A stretch of DNA of 64,000 nt, taken from contig NC_092673.1 of the NCBI RefSeq assembly GCF_964355755.1, positions 5,766,001 through 5,830,000 on the forward strand, given 5' to 3'. The notes under the pieces were generated by a model. It was not told the origin of the DNA. It was given only the letters and a program-made list of their open reading frames with translations, and did no database searches. Shown here in pieces: positions 48,017 through 59,492 of the stretch (position 1 is its first letter; each line of letters opens with the position of its first letter). This stretch comes from Antedon mediterranea. Lineage: Eukaryota; Animalia; Echinodermata. Position numbers and translations under genes: made by a program.

Positions 48017-48311
48017 TAATAATTGTGCAATATTAAAAACAATGCAATATCAACAACTTTTAAAGTAAACATGCTTATGTATTCTGTAGTAACATTAATA
48101 TATTTTAATGTTCAATATAAAGTTTAAACAGTTGAGTTCATAATATATTTTAACAAAATGAATACACTGTATTACACACGGTACAATAATAATTGTGCAA
48201 TATTAAAAACAATGCAATATCAACAACTTTTAAAGTAAATATGCTTATGTATTCTGTAGTAACATTAATATATTTTAATGTTCAATATAAAGTTTAAACA
48301 GTTGAGTTCAT
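48017..48311. repeat. ~125-bp direct duplication (48017-48141 / 48187-48311) between the Harbinger genes
   Basis: TAATAATTGTGCAATATT...GTTGAGTTCAT occurs twice, 170 bp apart. Confidence 0.85.
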
Positions 48312-48481
48312 TTACAGTTCTACTATAAATAAAATTGCCCTGAGACTTTACAGTATACCTAACTTATGTATATCAATCTGATTGTATAAATATGATCCAA
48401 TGTATTACTGTATTAAAATTATTAACTTTTAAAAAGGTGTAAAATGATTTATTTTATAATTACTTGTATTGCCTGTATAAT

Positions 48482-49851
48482 TTATCGGAAATATTCCTCA
48501 AGGGCAGGCGGATCTAATTTAAAGGTTTTGGATGTAATGTTGCCATAAAGACACGTGTGAGCATTTGTTAACAGACAACAAACTACATAGATCTTCCCAA
48601 TTGCACTTAAGCCTATTTTTTGGGTTTTCTTGAAGTCCACAAATTTCCAATTTTCTATGATATCTCTAAATAGCCATTCAACAGACACCCTAGCCTGGCT
48701 CATGGATCTGTTAAAATCCTGTTGACCTTGTGTCAAGTTTCCTTTAAAAGGAGCCTGTAAATGGACACGAAGGGGATAAGCCGGGTCTCCATAAATGCAG
48801 AGAGGATCTCCATTTAGCCGTACGGCATAACGTTCTAACTGTTGTAATAAGTTGGATTCTCTTAACATGAAGGCATCATGGCGACATCCCTCTATTGGTC
48901 CGAACAGGTTTGCGATTAGTCCATTTGACTGAAATTTTAATGAATGTACACGCTTATGGCCATTATATACAATTCTTTGGTGTTCACCAGGCCTACAAAT
49001 TGGACGCACCGTCCCATCCACGAACCCCCAACAATTGTCAATCGCAGCACCAGAATCATAGATTGCAGCAGCAAAACGTTCCATATTGCCAGGTGATAGC
49101 CAAGGCTGTCGAAAACAATTGCTAAACAGATGCTCGAATCCGTTATATATGTAATTCAGAGCCATATTCGTTATCATGCAGAGTTGGGGAATGGGCCTGG
49201 CAAACATTGGCACCATATCAATGTACCTGCATGGATATGCAAACCTTTTCAGCAAATGCACAAAGTTTCGATGCCAGTAACTTTAAGACCGTTAACACAT
49301 TTAACATCATCCTCTATCTGTAGAGCTCTCTGCAGTCGATAAATGTCTTCTTTTCGAAATCTTTAAATAAAATTGAAAGCATGTGTTGTAACTAAACTAA
49401 GTTGAATACCTAGCCTAGCCCTAGTAGTATAAATAAGTAGCCTATATTGGCTATAAATCATGAATAGGCCTAGGCCTATAATAATATTAAAAATACTGTA
49501 TTATAGACAGACCAACAATTTATTAAATCAACTTGGTGACAATAAATTAGCCAAAAAGATTAGCTCATAATTATGCCAGACAATACTACTTTCTCTAAAG
49601 CCTACCCTACTGCCTAACTAAGTCTTAGTAATATGATGAATGATTGGCTTGTGGGTGACTTATCCCCGGACTTACCTGAAAAACGCATTACATTCGTCGT
49701 CATTGTAAGATTCCAGATTAAATTTATTGTAATCATTGTACTGAACATTTAAATTATTTGTTTTATTAAGATTATATAAAAGCAAATATTCCTCAGGGTC
49801 AATTATATCTTCATAAAGTGCGATATTTAATGCATCTTGTACGAAAGCCAT
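48482..49851 (-). pseudogene. Harbinger (HARBI1-like) DDE transposase, two exons (49851-49676; 49360-48482), frameshift near 49255
   Basis: GFVDGT, YNGHKRVHSLKFQ, G.RHD, YGDPAYP and R.SVEW motifs. GT-AG intron in phase 2 (FFR|FRKEDI). Confidence 0.88.
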
Positions 49852-50017
49852 GATGATTGTTTACAAACATATTAAGCCGAGCGTGACGCGACGTCGTCGT
49901 CCCATCGCGTATCGTAAACGAACTTTTTAAAGTGGACGACAACCAGCTTTTCACGCATCAGCGCGCACTGGTAATCCGTCGTCGTCCCTCTCCGTCGTGT
50001 TTCGTAAACTCTCTACT

Positions 50018-50164
50018 GTTTCCCAAACAACTGTGTATAGGTTTTATAATTGATAAGGTTGGCTTGCGCACCTGTATCGACTTTGCCTCGAAGGAGCATT
50101 TGTCCATTCGGTGTGGAGAGTTTTATTGTGGCAAGTTGGGTGTCTTTGCCATCGATATCGTTGG
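50018..50164 (-). CDS. Gypsy aspartic protease N-part
   Basis: KVDTGAQANLI. Joins 46204 in frame (FGKQ|YTIKKTNIILTGYGG) when the Harbinger and one TSD copy are removed. Confidence 0.85.
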
Positions 50165-51009
50165 ATGGTGACTTCTTCGAACCCGTAATTTGTTGGGTCA
50201 TCCGAGTCTTCTATTGTAATCTCCTGCGTGCGACGATACTGTTTCCCTTTGTTTGGGCGCTTTTGATCCTGGGTCGTTTTGTTGAATTGTTTTGCTCTAC
50301 ACTTCCTCGCCCAGTGATTGCTCTTGCCGCAATTTTTACATTCTTTTCCAAATGCGGGACATTGTCTGGACGGATGATCTGTACCGCAGTTGGAGCAGTT
50401 TTTGATCAGTTTTAATTGACTGTGGCGTTTACCATAGTTGGTGTTTTGTTTTATTTCTTCAACAGTGGTGCCAGTTTTTGAAACTCTTTGCAATTCGTTA
50501 AATTGTTTATCGGCCGCTTCTTTGGACTGAATGTACTTGATAGCGTCGCTATGTGTGTAAGTCTTCGCTTGACGGAAGAGCTTTTTCTGTACATCTTCAG
50601 AGTTTGTGCCGAATTTGATTGCTTCAAGAATGTGCTGGTCGTGTTGCTCATCGGGGTATTCACACTCCTTTAATAGGATTTCAACGCGAGCAACATACGC
50701 ATCTATGCTTTCCTTTTGTTTTTGTTTAAGGCTTCGAAAGTTCCAGCGGGCTAGATTAAAATTTGTTTTTGGTTGAATAAACGCTTCAAATTTTTCCCAG
50801 TGTTTCGGGAGGTTGTTTTTCTCTTGCTCAGTAAGAGACCATCTACGTCGGATTTTCATTGCCTTTTCTCCCATCCACAACATGACATAGCTAACTTTTT
50901 GCTCTTCTTGTATTGTGGATAGGGGCCCTGCAAAGGCCATTTCAACTGTTTCCTTGAAGTGTTTAAATTGTTGAAGTACACTTGGTGAGTCAAATTCCAC
51001 TTTGGGCAT
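50044..51009 (-). CDS. gag: Gypsy gag with two CCHC zinc knuckles
   Basis: QKQKESIDAYVAR major-homology-like region; CSNCGTDHPSRQC and CKNCGKSNHWARKC. An upstream in-frame ATG at 51072 is cut off by TAA at 51046-51048. Confidence 0.88.
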   Translation of the reverse strand: MPKVEFDSPSVLQQFKHFKETVEMAFAGPLSTIQEEQKVSYVMLWMGEKAMKIRRRWSLTEQEKNNLPKHWEKFEAFIQPKTNFNLARWNFRSLKQKQKESIDAYVARVEILLKECEYPDEQHDQHILEAIKFGTNSEDVQKKLFRQAKTYTHSDAIKYIQSKEAADKQFNELQRVSKTGTTVEEIKQNTNYGKRHSQLKLIKNCSNCGTDHPSRQCPAFGKECKNCGKSNHWARKCRAKQFNKTTQDQKRPNKGKQYRRTQEITIEDSDDPTNYGFEEVTIQRYRWQRHPTCHNKTLHTEWTNAPSRQSRYRCASQPYQL

Positions 51010-51491
51010 CGTTACCCCCTGGAGTCCTAAAGGGGCTATTACAGGTTAATTTGTAGGCTCTGCTTCAGCCATGATTGATGCCTTATTTGACTGGTTTGTT
51101 TTTTCTAGGTCAAAACAAAGTAGAATGGAATTCCTTGTTGACAGCAAGTTGTTGGTGATCAATCAACTTTAGTACAGTATGAGTTGGGAGTGTCTTACTC
51201 CTTTCTTAACTTGTAGATAGTATATATTATCCTATGCTAGGTACTGTTGGTTTTGCTTCAAGTTGTATTACAATAATCCTCTTCTTATGAAAATGAATAC
51301 TCACAGTTTTTTGTTTTTGTTTACTGTACTCCCAAGTAATATGTGACGTATTTCCAATTTCAGGTATCTTGTCCAATTAACAATTCTGAAGGTAACAAAG
51401 CTCCCAGTGAATCCTATGGTATAGAAATTTCACAAAAGTCCGCTCTGTTGTTTCTGCATGTATTTACCTCCTTTTCTGATAGAAAACTGAG

Positions 51492-51504
51492 GTCGGGGTC
51501 ACCA
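51492..51504 (-). promoter_or_regulatory. Primer-binding site complementary to the tRNA-Trp 3' end
   Basis: TGGTGACCCCGAC immediately follows the 5' LTR on the minus strand; animal tRNA-Trp ends ...GTCGGGGTCACCA. Confidence 0.85.
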
Positions 51505-51699
51505 TGTTATGTTATATATATCGATAATAAATGAAGAAACTCTCAAGTATAATAAGGATAGTCTTTATTGTAAGAAGTCTGTAACTGAACTGTACAAAGT
51601 GATATCAGTAAGGTGGCTCGTGATTGGTTAATCTATATGGTATGACTATGGTGTCTTCCAGTATATAGGTCGCTATACTAAAGCAGTATTATTATAACA
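51505..51699 (-). repeat. 5' LTR (195 bp)
   Basis: Matches 42835-43039. Confidence 0.95.
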
Positions 51700-52339
51700 A
51701 ATACTGTAACAGAACTTTTGTAACAGAAAAGTACATTATAAGTCGATTATGAGAGCAGGTACAATATCAAATGTAGGAGAGTAAATCAACTGTTAATGCA
51801 AAGGCCAAAGTTAAGCTTGTGGGATGGATGTTATATTTGATTTTTACTTGTTTGTTTAAATTTTTATAAAGTTGTACTGTTAAAGATGGTCATGACCACT
51901 GAATCTATTGACAAGAAAAATGTATAAAGGTAGGAAAATGGAGTATGAAGTTACACAAAACAAATAAAATAGCAGTTAGAATAGAATTTATATCATTTGA
52001 TGTACTATTGTAATTGATATTATTTGCACAGTATTAACATTAAGTATTACAGTGCAACAATGACCTGTTGAACTTCTATGTACTATTTGGCACTTCATAC
52101 TTATTTTTGTTTATATAGCAAGTTTGCATGATAAGTTCTATTATTAAGGCCTACAGTAGTTCCTGCATGATCAGATTCATTTATAACACAAACATTTGTT
52201 TTCAAACTAAATTGCTGAGAAATAATTTTCAGTTCATGAACGTTTCAAAATGATAAGTAATACTCTATTTAAAATTCCATATCATATAGATGATATAAAT
52301 TATTTAAACAAATTTTAGTTTTACTTTTTACATCTTTAG

Positions 52340-53800
52340 AGCAAACTGACAGACAAGCTACAACAATTAATACTGAATCATTAGAACCACTTTACTCTGA
52401 AACAAAGATATATAATAATTTAAGTTTAGAAAAGGTATTTAAATTCAAATTTTATTTTTAATGTTATTTAAAAAATAACTTTGCTACTGTATTACTCCAC
52501 CAAAAAAAACAAATATTATTTAATGCATTATGTTTTATAGATGTTTGCTAGTATTAAAGTTTGTTGATAAAAAACATCTGCAGTGTTCAATCTGTCAACA
52601 AAGATTCACAAATCAAAAGACACCAAAGTGTCTTCATAATTACTGTTTTAACTGCCTGATTTGATTTGATCAGACGACATGGCAAGATACAATGTCAAAA
52701 ATATCGTCAGACGTACAAACTAAAAAATGATGATGCATTTGAAGTGCAATGAAACAATAAGTTGAATATTTTGAGAAGATTGAAACTGAAAAACCAGAAA
52801 TCTGTTCAATTTGTAATAATCAACCAATATTATTGATCCGATTGTGAAATGTATCTCTGTAGCCCCTTTCTCACAGAGCTGTGTGCCAGGAATATTGCGG
52901 GAATATACCATTACCATGCCGGTATGGTTTTCTGTGAGAACGGGCCGTCTTGGCATCATACCGGCATCATGCCGGCATCGACATGACCTGCTTTAGACCT
53001 AGTTATATTCTAGGGATATTCCCCGCAATGCCAGACGGGCATTCTGTGAGAACGTAACGCCGTTATATTCCGGGGTTATATTTAATTCCCCGTCGAGGCT
53101 TTGATTTGACACCTTGCGCGGTCAAGTGTATCACTTTGGAGCCGATTCAATTCAATTAGGCCTAACAATAATAATGTCGAACTGGAGGGATAATGAGATA
53201 AGAGAGCTGCTTAAAATAAGGGGACAAGAAGAAATTTGTAGCATAATCTATAGACATAAGCCATTCATATAGCTATTTGTTTGTTGGTGCCTGACCCTTC
53301 GTCGCCTTGCCTTGTAAATTGTACAGCCTTCTAAGGTGTTTTAAAGATTGCTGATGACGGCTAATTAATTGCTGTACCTGTATAATATATGCACAATATA
53401 CTGTACATAGCATGTATTGCATAAATATGCTATAAAGGAAGATAATAATATGTGACTTATAATTCGCCGCCATATATCGCTAGACAAAAATAATAACAAT
53501 AAAGGACGCCCTCAATAATTATTTTGTCAGAGACTTTTTATTGGCCGAATATGCCCGACTCCTTTCTCACAGAAAGCCGGTATATTCCGGTTATATTTCC
53601 GGCACGATAGTCCGATGAGAATGGGTATATGCCGGTAACGATACCGGCATGGCGCCAGCATCATACCGGTATATTGCAGGCACATCTGTGAGAAAGGGGC
53701 TTGTGAGAAATGCATCAAATAAATAAAAAAGGTTTCCTGCACTGAGAACCCACTTACTGTACGTAGAAGATACAAAACTTTCCTAAACCACCCTGCTAAA
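52340..53800 (+). pseudogene. Unit D relic: linker exon (52340-52407, donor GT>AT) and decayed RING/B-box exon (from 52541) split by a transposon
   Basis: EQTDRQATTINTESLEPLYSETK is homologous to gene A exon 5. TTTTATAG|ATG, then CSICQQRFTNQKTPKCLHNYCFNCL and EMYLC|EKCI across the insertion. Confidence 0.85.
52861..53701. mobile_element. Non-autonomous PIF/Harbinger derivative with a Myb/SANT remnant
   Basis: TIRs AGCCCCTTTCTCACAGA / TCTGTGAGAAAGGGGCT and 3-bp TSD TGT (52858-52860 / 53702-53704). MSNWRDNEIRELLKIRGQEEI at 53174. Confidence 0.85.
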
Positions 53801-54603
53801 AACTATGAATTTTTAAATTTTTCATGCCAGTTTCCATTCTTACACATTTTATTCAGTTATAATTATAATAACTAGGGCTTTCAATAGAAGCAAGGCTTGT
53901 CTTATGAGGGCCTTGTCTTATGAGAACCTCAACAATACATATACATTATGTATAACACATGAAAAGAAATATAAAACAATTAATAAAATAAATTAAAAAA
54001 GAGATAAAATATTGAAAATAGCTAAAGCTATGGTGTTTAAGTAGCTAATAAAATAAAAAGACAACATTTATTGTTAATTTATGGGGTATATTTATTTGGT
54101 ATAGTATACATAGAGGGCTCAATTTCTAAAGCCAAAGCAAAACAATTTCCTTCTACATTTATTTTAATATTATTGAGCATAAAACAGAAAACAAACTTGA
54201 AACAACAACATAAAATTACATTAATATACTGTATATCTATTTATTAAGGTGTCATTTTTATGATTTAATATATATTGATTTGCCAGAATATAATCAGCAT
54301 TCTTAAAATACCCAATTTCATCTGAACCAAGAAGTCCTAAACAAAAATGCAGCTTTCGGAAATCTTTACCAGAATAGAAAGTCATTAAGTGATGACATTA
54401 ACTTTAGAAAATCAGAGTCAAATGCTTGTATTGTTTGTTTGTTGTTCATTCAGCAAGGCATTTGTTATTGTTAGATCTAGGGTTCACTCTACACAAAAGT
54501 AGCATTTTTAAAGGTTATTACCAGGTATAGTAATATCAACAATAGTGAAACGCAGGGGCCTCTAAATGCTTGGTAGTTGCATTGGGGCTGCTCATGCTCT
54601 GGG

Positions 54604-54807
54604 GCCTCCTAAGTTTTGCAGCCTCCTAAGTTTTGCAGCCTCCTAAGTTTTGCAGCCTCCTAAGTTTTGCAGCCTCCTAAGTTTTGCAGCCTCCTAAGTT
54701 TTGCAGCCTCCTAAGTTTTGCAGCCTCCTAAGTTTTGCAGCCTCCTAAGTTTTGCAGCCTCCTAAGTTTTGCAGCCTCCTAAGTTTTGCAGCCTCCTAAG
54801 TTTTGCG
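54604..54807. repeat. 17-bp minisatellite (GCCTCCTAAGTTTTGCA) x12
   Basis: Eleven identical copies plus one with a terminal change; no spacers. Confidence 0.95.
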
Positions 54808-55642
54808 GCCACATGGTAACAGGTGATCGTTCATAGCCATTATGCCATTTATTATCAAAATGTAAGATTGATGTGCCAAAATAACATACCATGCACCAAT
54901 GAAAGAGATAACATCAGTTAATTATATTTACAGATTTTCAAACAGAGACAGAACAATTTACATAGGAAAACAAAATAACTTCAATACATTCTTACTTGGT
55001 TAAACGATTCAAAGTTATATAAAAAATTAGCGGAATCATAATCATTGTAAAGAAGTAAAAGTCGATAGGCTATTAACAGTTTGTATAAAATCACATTGAT
55101 GATGTATGTTGTGTCTCGGATTGTTTGCAATAAATCAAATTATGCATTTATTGGAAGTGCTAAGTAAACTGACATTAACAATATTATAAGTCTCACATTT
55201 TCGTATATTTTATATAAAGTCAACAAACAGCAGGCCTACTTGGTATTATTATTAGAATCTACAACTACTGATTTTAGTGCCATAAACTGTGTATTATGAA
55301 TCACTAAAGCAGAATTTCTCATACTGTACTAGCTATTTTCGTGCCACGCCTCTAGGCAGCTATATTCCAAGAGGACATAATCAATAAGAAGCTATATCAA
55401 CGCGAAAGCTATATATCTATGGGACAGTTTTGGAATTTTGTAAACTAATTTATAGGTCCATGCTGCTTGATAGAAAAAAGAGTCTATGAGGGCTCACAGT
55501 TGAACGATTTCAGATTCTCGCCCTTTGATTGGTTGACGTGAATCAACACACTGCGGAAGAATTTTCTCACGTGTGCCGTGAAATCTCTGAGGACTGCATG
55601 TATTAAATCGTACATATTTTTCCGCATTTAGTGGTAAATTAT

Positions 55643-56263
55643 TTATAGGCCTATAAAACATGAAAAAAAATATTTTGTTGCTGAGTGATAAAGAATATAT
55701 TTAAAAATAACTCTCTTTGTACCTTCCCTCAACCTTAATGTTACATAAAAGGTAAAGGTGAGTCCCATGTTCTCTGAACGTAGGGGAATGAGCTGTTAGG
55801 AGCTCATTGTACTAAGCCTCGGCATTATGTGGTAGGGTGGCCAGTTCCTTTCCACGCCGCCTTTTTTCTCCCTAGTATTTTCAACCAGGTACTCATTTTA
55901 CAGCTGAGTGAACTGGGAGTTGTCGGGCATTGAACCCGGGTCTATCTGTACGACAGTCAAGTGTCCTAACCACTCGGCTATCCAACTCCAATGTAATGTT
56001 ACATACAAAACACAAATTGGGTTTGTTTAAATGAGTCAAAAAATAAACAATTTGGTTTCTCTTTCGGAAGTAATTCCCAGGGTGCTAATTTTAGTTGACT
56101 GCATAAATCATCGTGTCTATTTATTCATTTCTGTAAACAACAATGTACTATAGTCCTGCGGTATGTACATTTAAAATCGCCAGTTTTTTTATGCTGAAAT
56201 GACTGTGTATTCGAGAATGTCTATTTGTGGGCACGACCTAGATGGTACGTGAGCGAAGCGAGT
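55643..56263 (+). mobile_element. Helitron-like copy D, 3' portion, hairpin truncated, with a SINE inserted
   Basis: Aligns with 6612-6996 and ends CTAGATGGTACGTGAGCGAAGCGAG. Confidence 0.75.
55748..55993 (-). mobile_element. tRNA-derived SINE with (ACCTTT)n tail
   Basis: Minus strand box A TAGCCGAGTGG, box B GGTTCAATGCC and core ACTCAGCTGTAAAATGAGTACC. 12-bp TSD TAATGTTACATA (55736-55747 / 55994-56005). Confidence 0.85.
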
Positions 56264-59200
56264 AATAACACAATAAACTTTATAGAATATCATTAGGCTT
56301 TCCTTTTTTTTACAAGTTCCTCATATTTACAATTGTTTGTTTTAATTTGTTTGGCACACATTCAAATAACCAACAAAAACGTTTGTTACTATTAGAAAAT
56401 CTACAACCAATGGCTGCAGGCCAATTATTATATTTTAATAGGTCCTCATACTTTCTATTGTTGAGTTTTCTTGCCAGATTCTATTCATCCAAAACAAAAG
56501 TTTTTGTTTAAATCGATGTACATTCTTCATGGGACTTTATATATACTGTAAACAGCTTAATATTTTAGATCTGAATGAAATCCAAATCTGTCACTACATG
56601 TTGGTTTGCCTGTCATTTTGTAATTTAGAGTAAGAAAAAAAAACTGCTGTATTCAATATCATTTCATGTGGAATTGATCGTTTTTATACCAAAGCAGTCC
56701 ACAGCAACTTAAGAAAAAAGGTTAGTTGAAAACAACTTTAAATATACTAAATGTAATTTTGCTAGAGTTTTGCATGTTCTTGAAGTATCCTCTGGAAAAC
56801 TACCTAAAATGAAGTTAGTGATGGTGATAAATTATATGGCCAGTCAACATTCAAAACTCAAAATAAGCAACTGTGAGTTCACTTGTCATGTGCAGAGTGT
56901 TGCTTAATTGTTAGTTTATACAGGGGGTGATGCAGGCGTGGACGCAGGAGGGTTGCCCCAGTTGCCCGGGCAACACCCTTAATTTCATGCTAAATGTTTT
57001 TTTCTGTCACTAAATTAAAATTTAGATCCCATTTTATCATATATAACCATTAACTTTATAGTTTAGGAAGAGCCTACGGTATATATAAATTGACAGACTG
57101 CAGCGTAAAATTAACCAGCATTACAATACCGCTCACAATTTACAGCCGGTGAATTTTTTGGTGTGGATATTGGGTGTGTGCGTCATGATTTTTTGGCACT
57201 ACACACTGTGTTCGCAGAAAACCCTGTCGTTGATGATTTGTCCATAATTATTGAATTTTGCCGGAGATTCCCCATAATTTAAGTAATTCCGTAGTACCCT
57301 ATTTATATTCATCTCATGTCCATAATAAAATAAATAAGAATGTGGCGCAAAAACTCATTATCTACGGTCCTGGACTCGTGGGCAAAAAAAATAGTTCTGC
57401 AACCGCCCCTGTTATAGGTCGTATATTGTGAGAAAAATGACCAAATCTTTCTCTTCTTTTTCATACTAAAACTGTATTTTTGAGCTGGTAAATTTATTTC
57501 ATTCAATCATTTTGAAGAAATTATCTGTATGATCAATTGAAGCATTATACTATATAATTAATATTACATTACGAATTTGGTATACTGATCTTAAATGAAA
57601 TACATTATATAAAGTTTTACCAAAAAACTTTGTTCAACCATGGATTATTGAATAGATAGATACGTATCGACGGTGACATGAAACTATTTTCCAATGCACT
57701 TGCCTATAATACTAAAGCACTGCTGCCAATCAAACAAAAACGCTCTTTGAACTCCATGTCTCTAAACACGGCCCTCATAGAATGCTGCGAATCAACTGTT
57801 ACATTTTTTTTATCAGGATCAACAACAAAACGTACACATGTAGAAATCATATGCACATTCTGATTGTTCTATTGACATGTCTGCGTCGAGGATTAATTGA
57901 CAACAAGAAGATATTGCTGAACAATTAGTTTTAATTTCATCAAATCAGTCTACAAAAAGTTCACTTTATTGGTAATATTAGTAAAATATTATGCAATTTT
58001 TATTATCATATTGTTCCTGAAACCTCCGGAAATTAAAACTGCTATCCCTGACCTTGGATTGGCTGGCTGTGTATAGTTGCGATACGCCACTAACTCTACT
58101 ACTTTAGAGATCGTTTTGAGAGTAGATGCAATTTACCGTTTATGATTTTTTAACTACTAGGCCTAGTAGTAGTACTACTATTATTAGGCCTAGCAGTACT
58201 ACAGTGTCTACATATCCAGTCTGGTTCTTGTTGTACTCCAATGTAATCGGGATGAAACCACTGAATGCTGCATGACGATAATATCATATTCGCCTTCTCC
58301 TTCCTTTACAATCACAATACCACTTGGGTACATTATGATTTTTTGTCGGTAATTTTGATTGCAAGTTGTTGAATTTAGCCATTTTTTTAAAGAAGCAGAT
58401 AGCTTGTGAATGAAACACCACTCGTATAGCTTCTGAAGCATGTAACACTCGTAACATTGTGGGCGGTTCGCGCTCCTGTCATCAAAAGACATGGAACCTT
58501 TGATCTCAAACAGATGCGCCTATTCATTAATTTGAAATAATGTTATACAACTATATTATATAAGTTAAGAATAAATTATAAAAACTGATTTTCTGTAAAA
58601 TATCTAAATCTAGCCCTATTATTTAAGTAGCTGGAAAATACTAATGCAGCTAAGAAAATAGATTGAAGCAACAGTAAACTAACCAACTAAACTACTGTAT
58701 AATAATAGGAATTTTGAAACGTTCCCAATTTGCCAAGGAGCAGAAAATAAGATACAAGGTGCAATCAAAGGACCATTGGAAAACAAAAACTTGTAAAATA
58801 AATATATGAGGCTTGGTTGTTGAGATGTTTAAGGGTTATAAAGTCTTAAGAAGAAGCCCATAATATCTTCAAAAGAAGCCCAGTGGGCTTGATTTCAAAA
58901 TGGAGAAAGTGGGAGAGGGGGAGTTGCTTCTTTTTCGAGATGGGCCTATCATGGTATAGGTAAAACATAATTACTGGTAAACACAAAAACTACAGTATTA
59001 AATTCACCATATAAAAATACAAATATTGAATAAAAACAGCAATGTAAAATTAATTATAAAATAACAATATATACCTGTATTTATTAAAAAATATCTATTT
59101 TGACGATTGAATGGAAATTTGCTTAGAATTCACTAGATTTTTAACCAGCATTTTCAAAATACCCCAATTCATCCACTCCCCTGAGCTTCAACCAAAAAAT

Positions 59201-59492
59201 GCCGAAACTGCTAAATTAAACAAGATTACTATGTTTCTAGAGTCGGGCCGTGTTATAGACATGTTTGAAAAATGTTGGTAGTCGCCATAAGTTAAATGTA
59301 AAGTTGAAAAGTGACAATCATGTGTATAAAAAAGGTGAAAACATCTTTGCATTGTGAAAATTCAAGAATTATCAGCGAGTAGAGTACATATTTTTTTCAC
59401 AAAAATTGACAACATCCGTGAATAAGTCCATTTTGTAGGATTGTAGATAATCATTTTGTTTGACAAATCCAGTAAAGAAATTACTCACATTC

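Larger units (their letters stand above)
46207..50014. mobile_element. PIF/Harbinger DNA transposon, 3808 bp, nested in the Gypsy protease
   Basis: Perfect 23-bp TIRs AGAGAGTTTACGAAACACGACGG and 3-bp TSD ACT (46204-46206 / 50015-50017). Convergent Myb/SANT-like and DDE transposase genes. Confidence 0.95.
42835..51699 (-). mobile_element. Full-length Ty3/Gypsy LTR retrotransposon (Mag-like), interrupted by a Harbinger insertion
   Basis: Two LTRs TGTTAT...ATAACA, 5-bp TSD AATAC (42830-42834 / 51700-51704), PBS, PPT, gag, and PR-RT-RNaseH-IN domain order. Confidence 0.96.

Noticed and set aside
54604-54807. CRISPR-like array
   Set aside because: Contiguous 17-bp repeats without spacers, no cas genes and a eukaryotic context.
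55915-55990. Functional tRNA gene
   Set aside because: It is the head of a SINE, with body, (ACCTTT)n tail and 12-bp TSD.
56933-58530. Possible hAT transposase relic (ISTCVRFV...KERF and WCFIHKL on the minus strand)
   Set aside because: The motifs are short and in the wrong order for one gene, and the TIRs and TSD are unconvincing.
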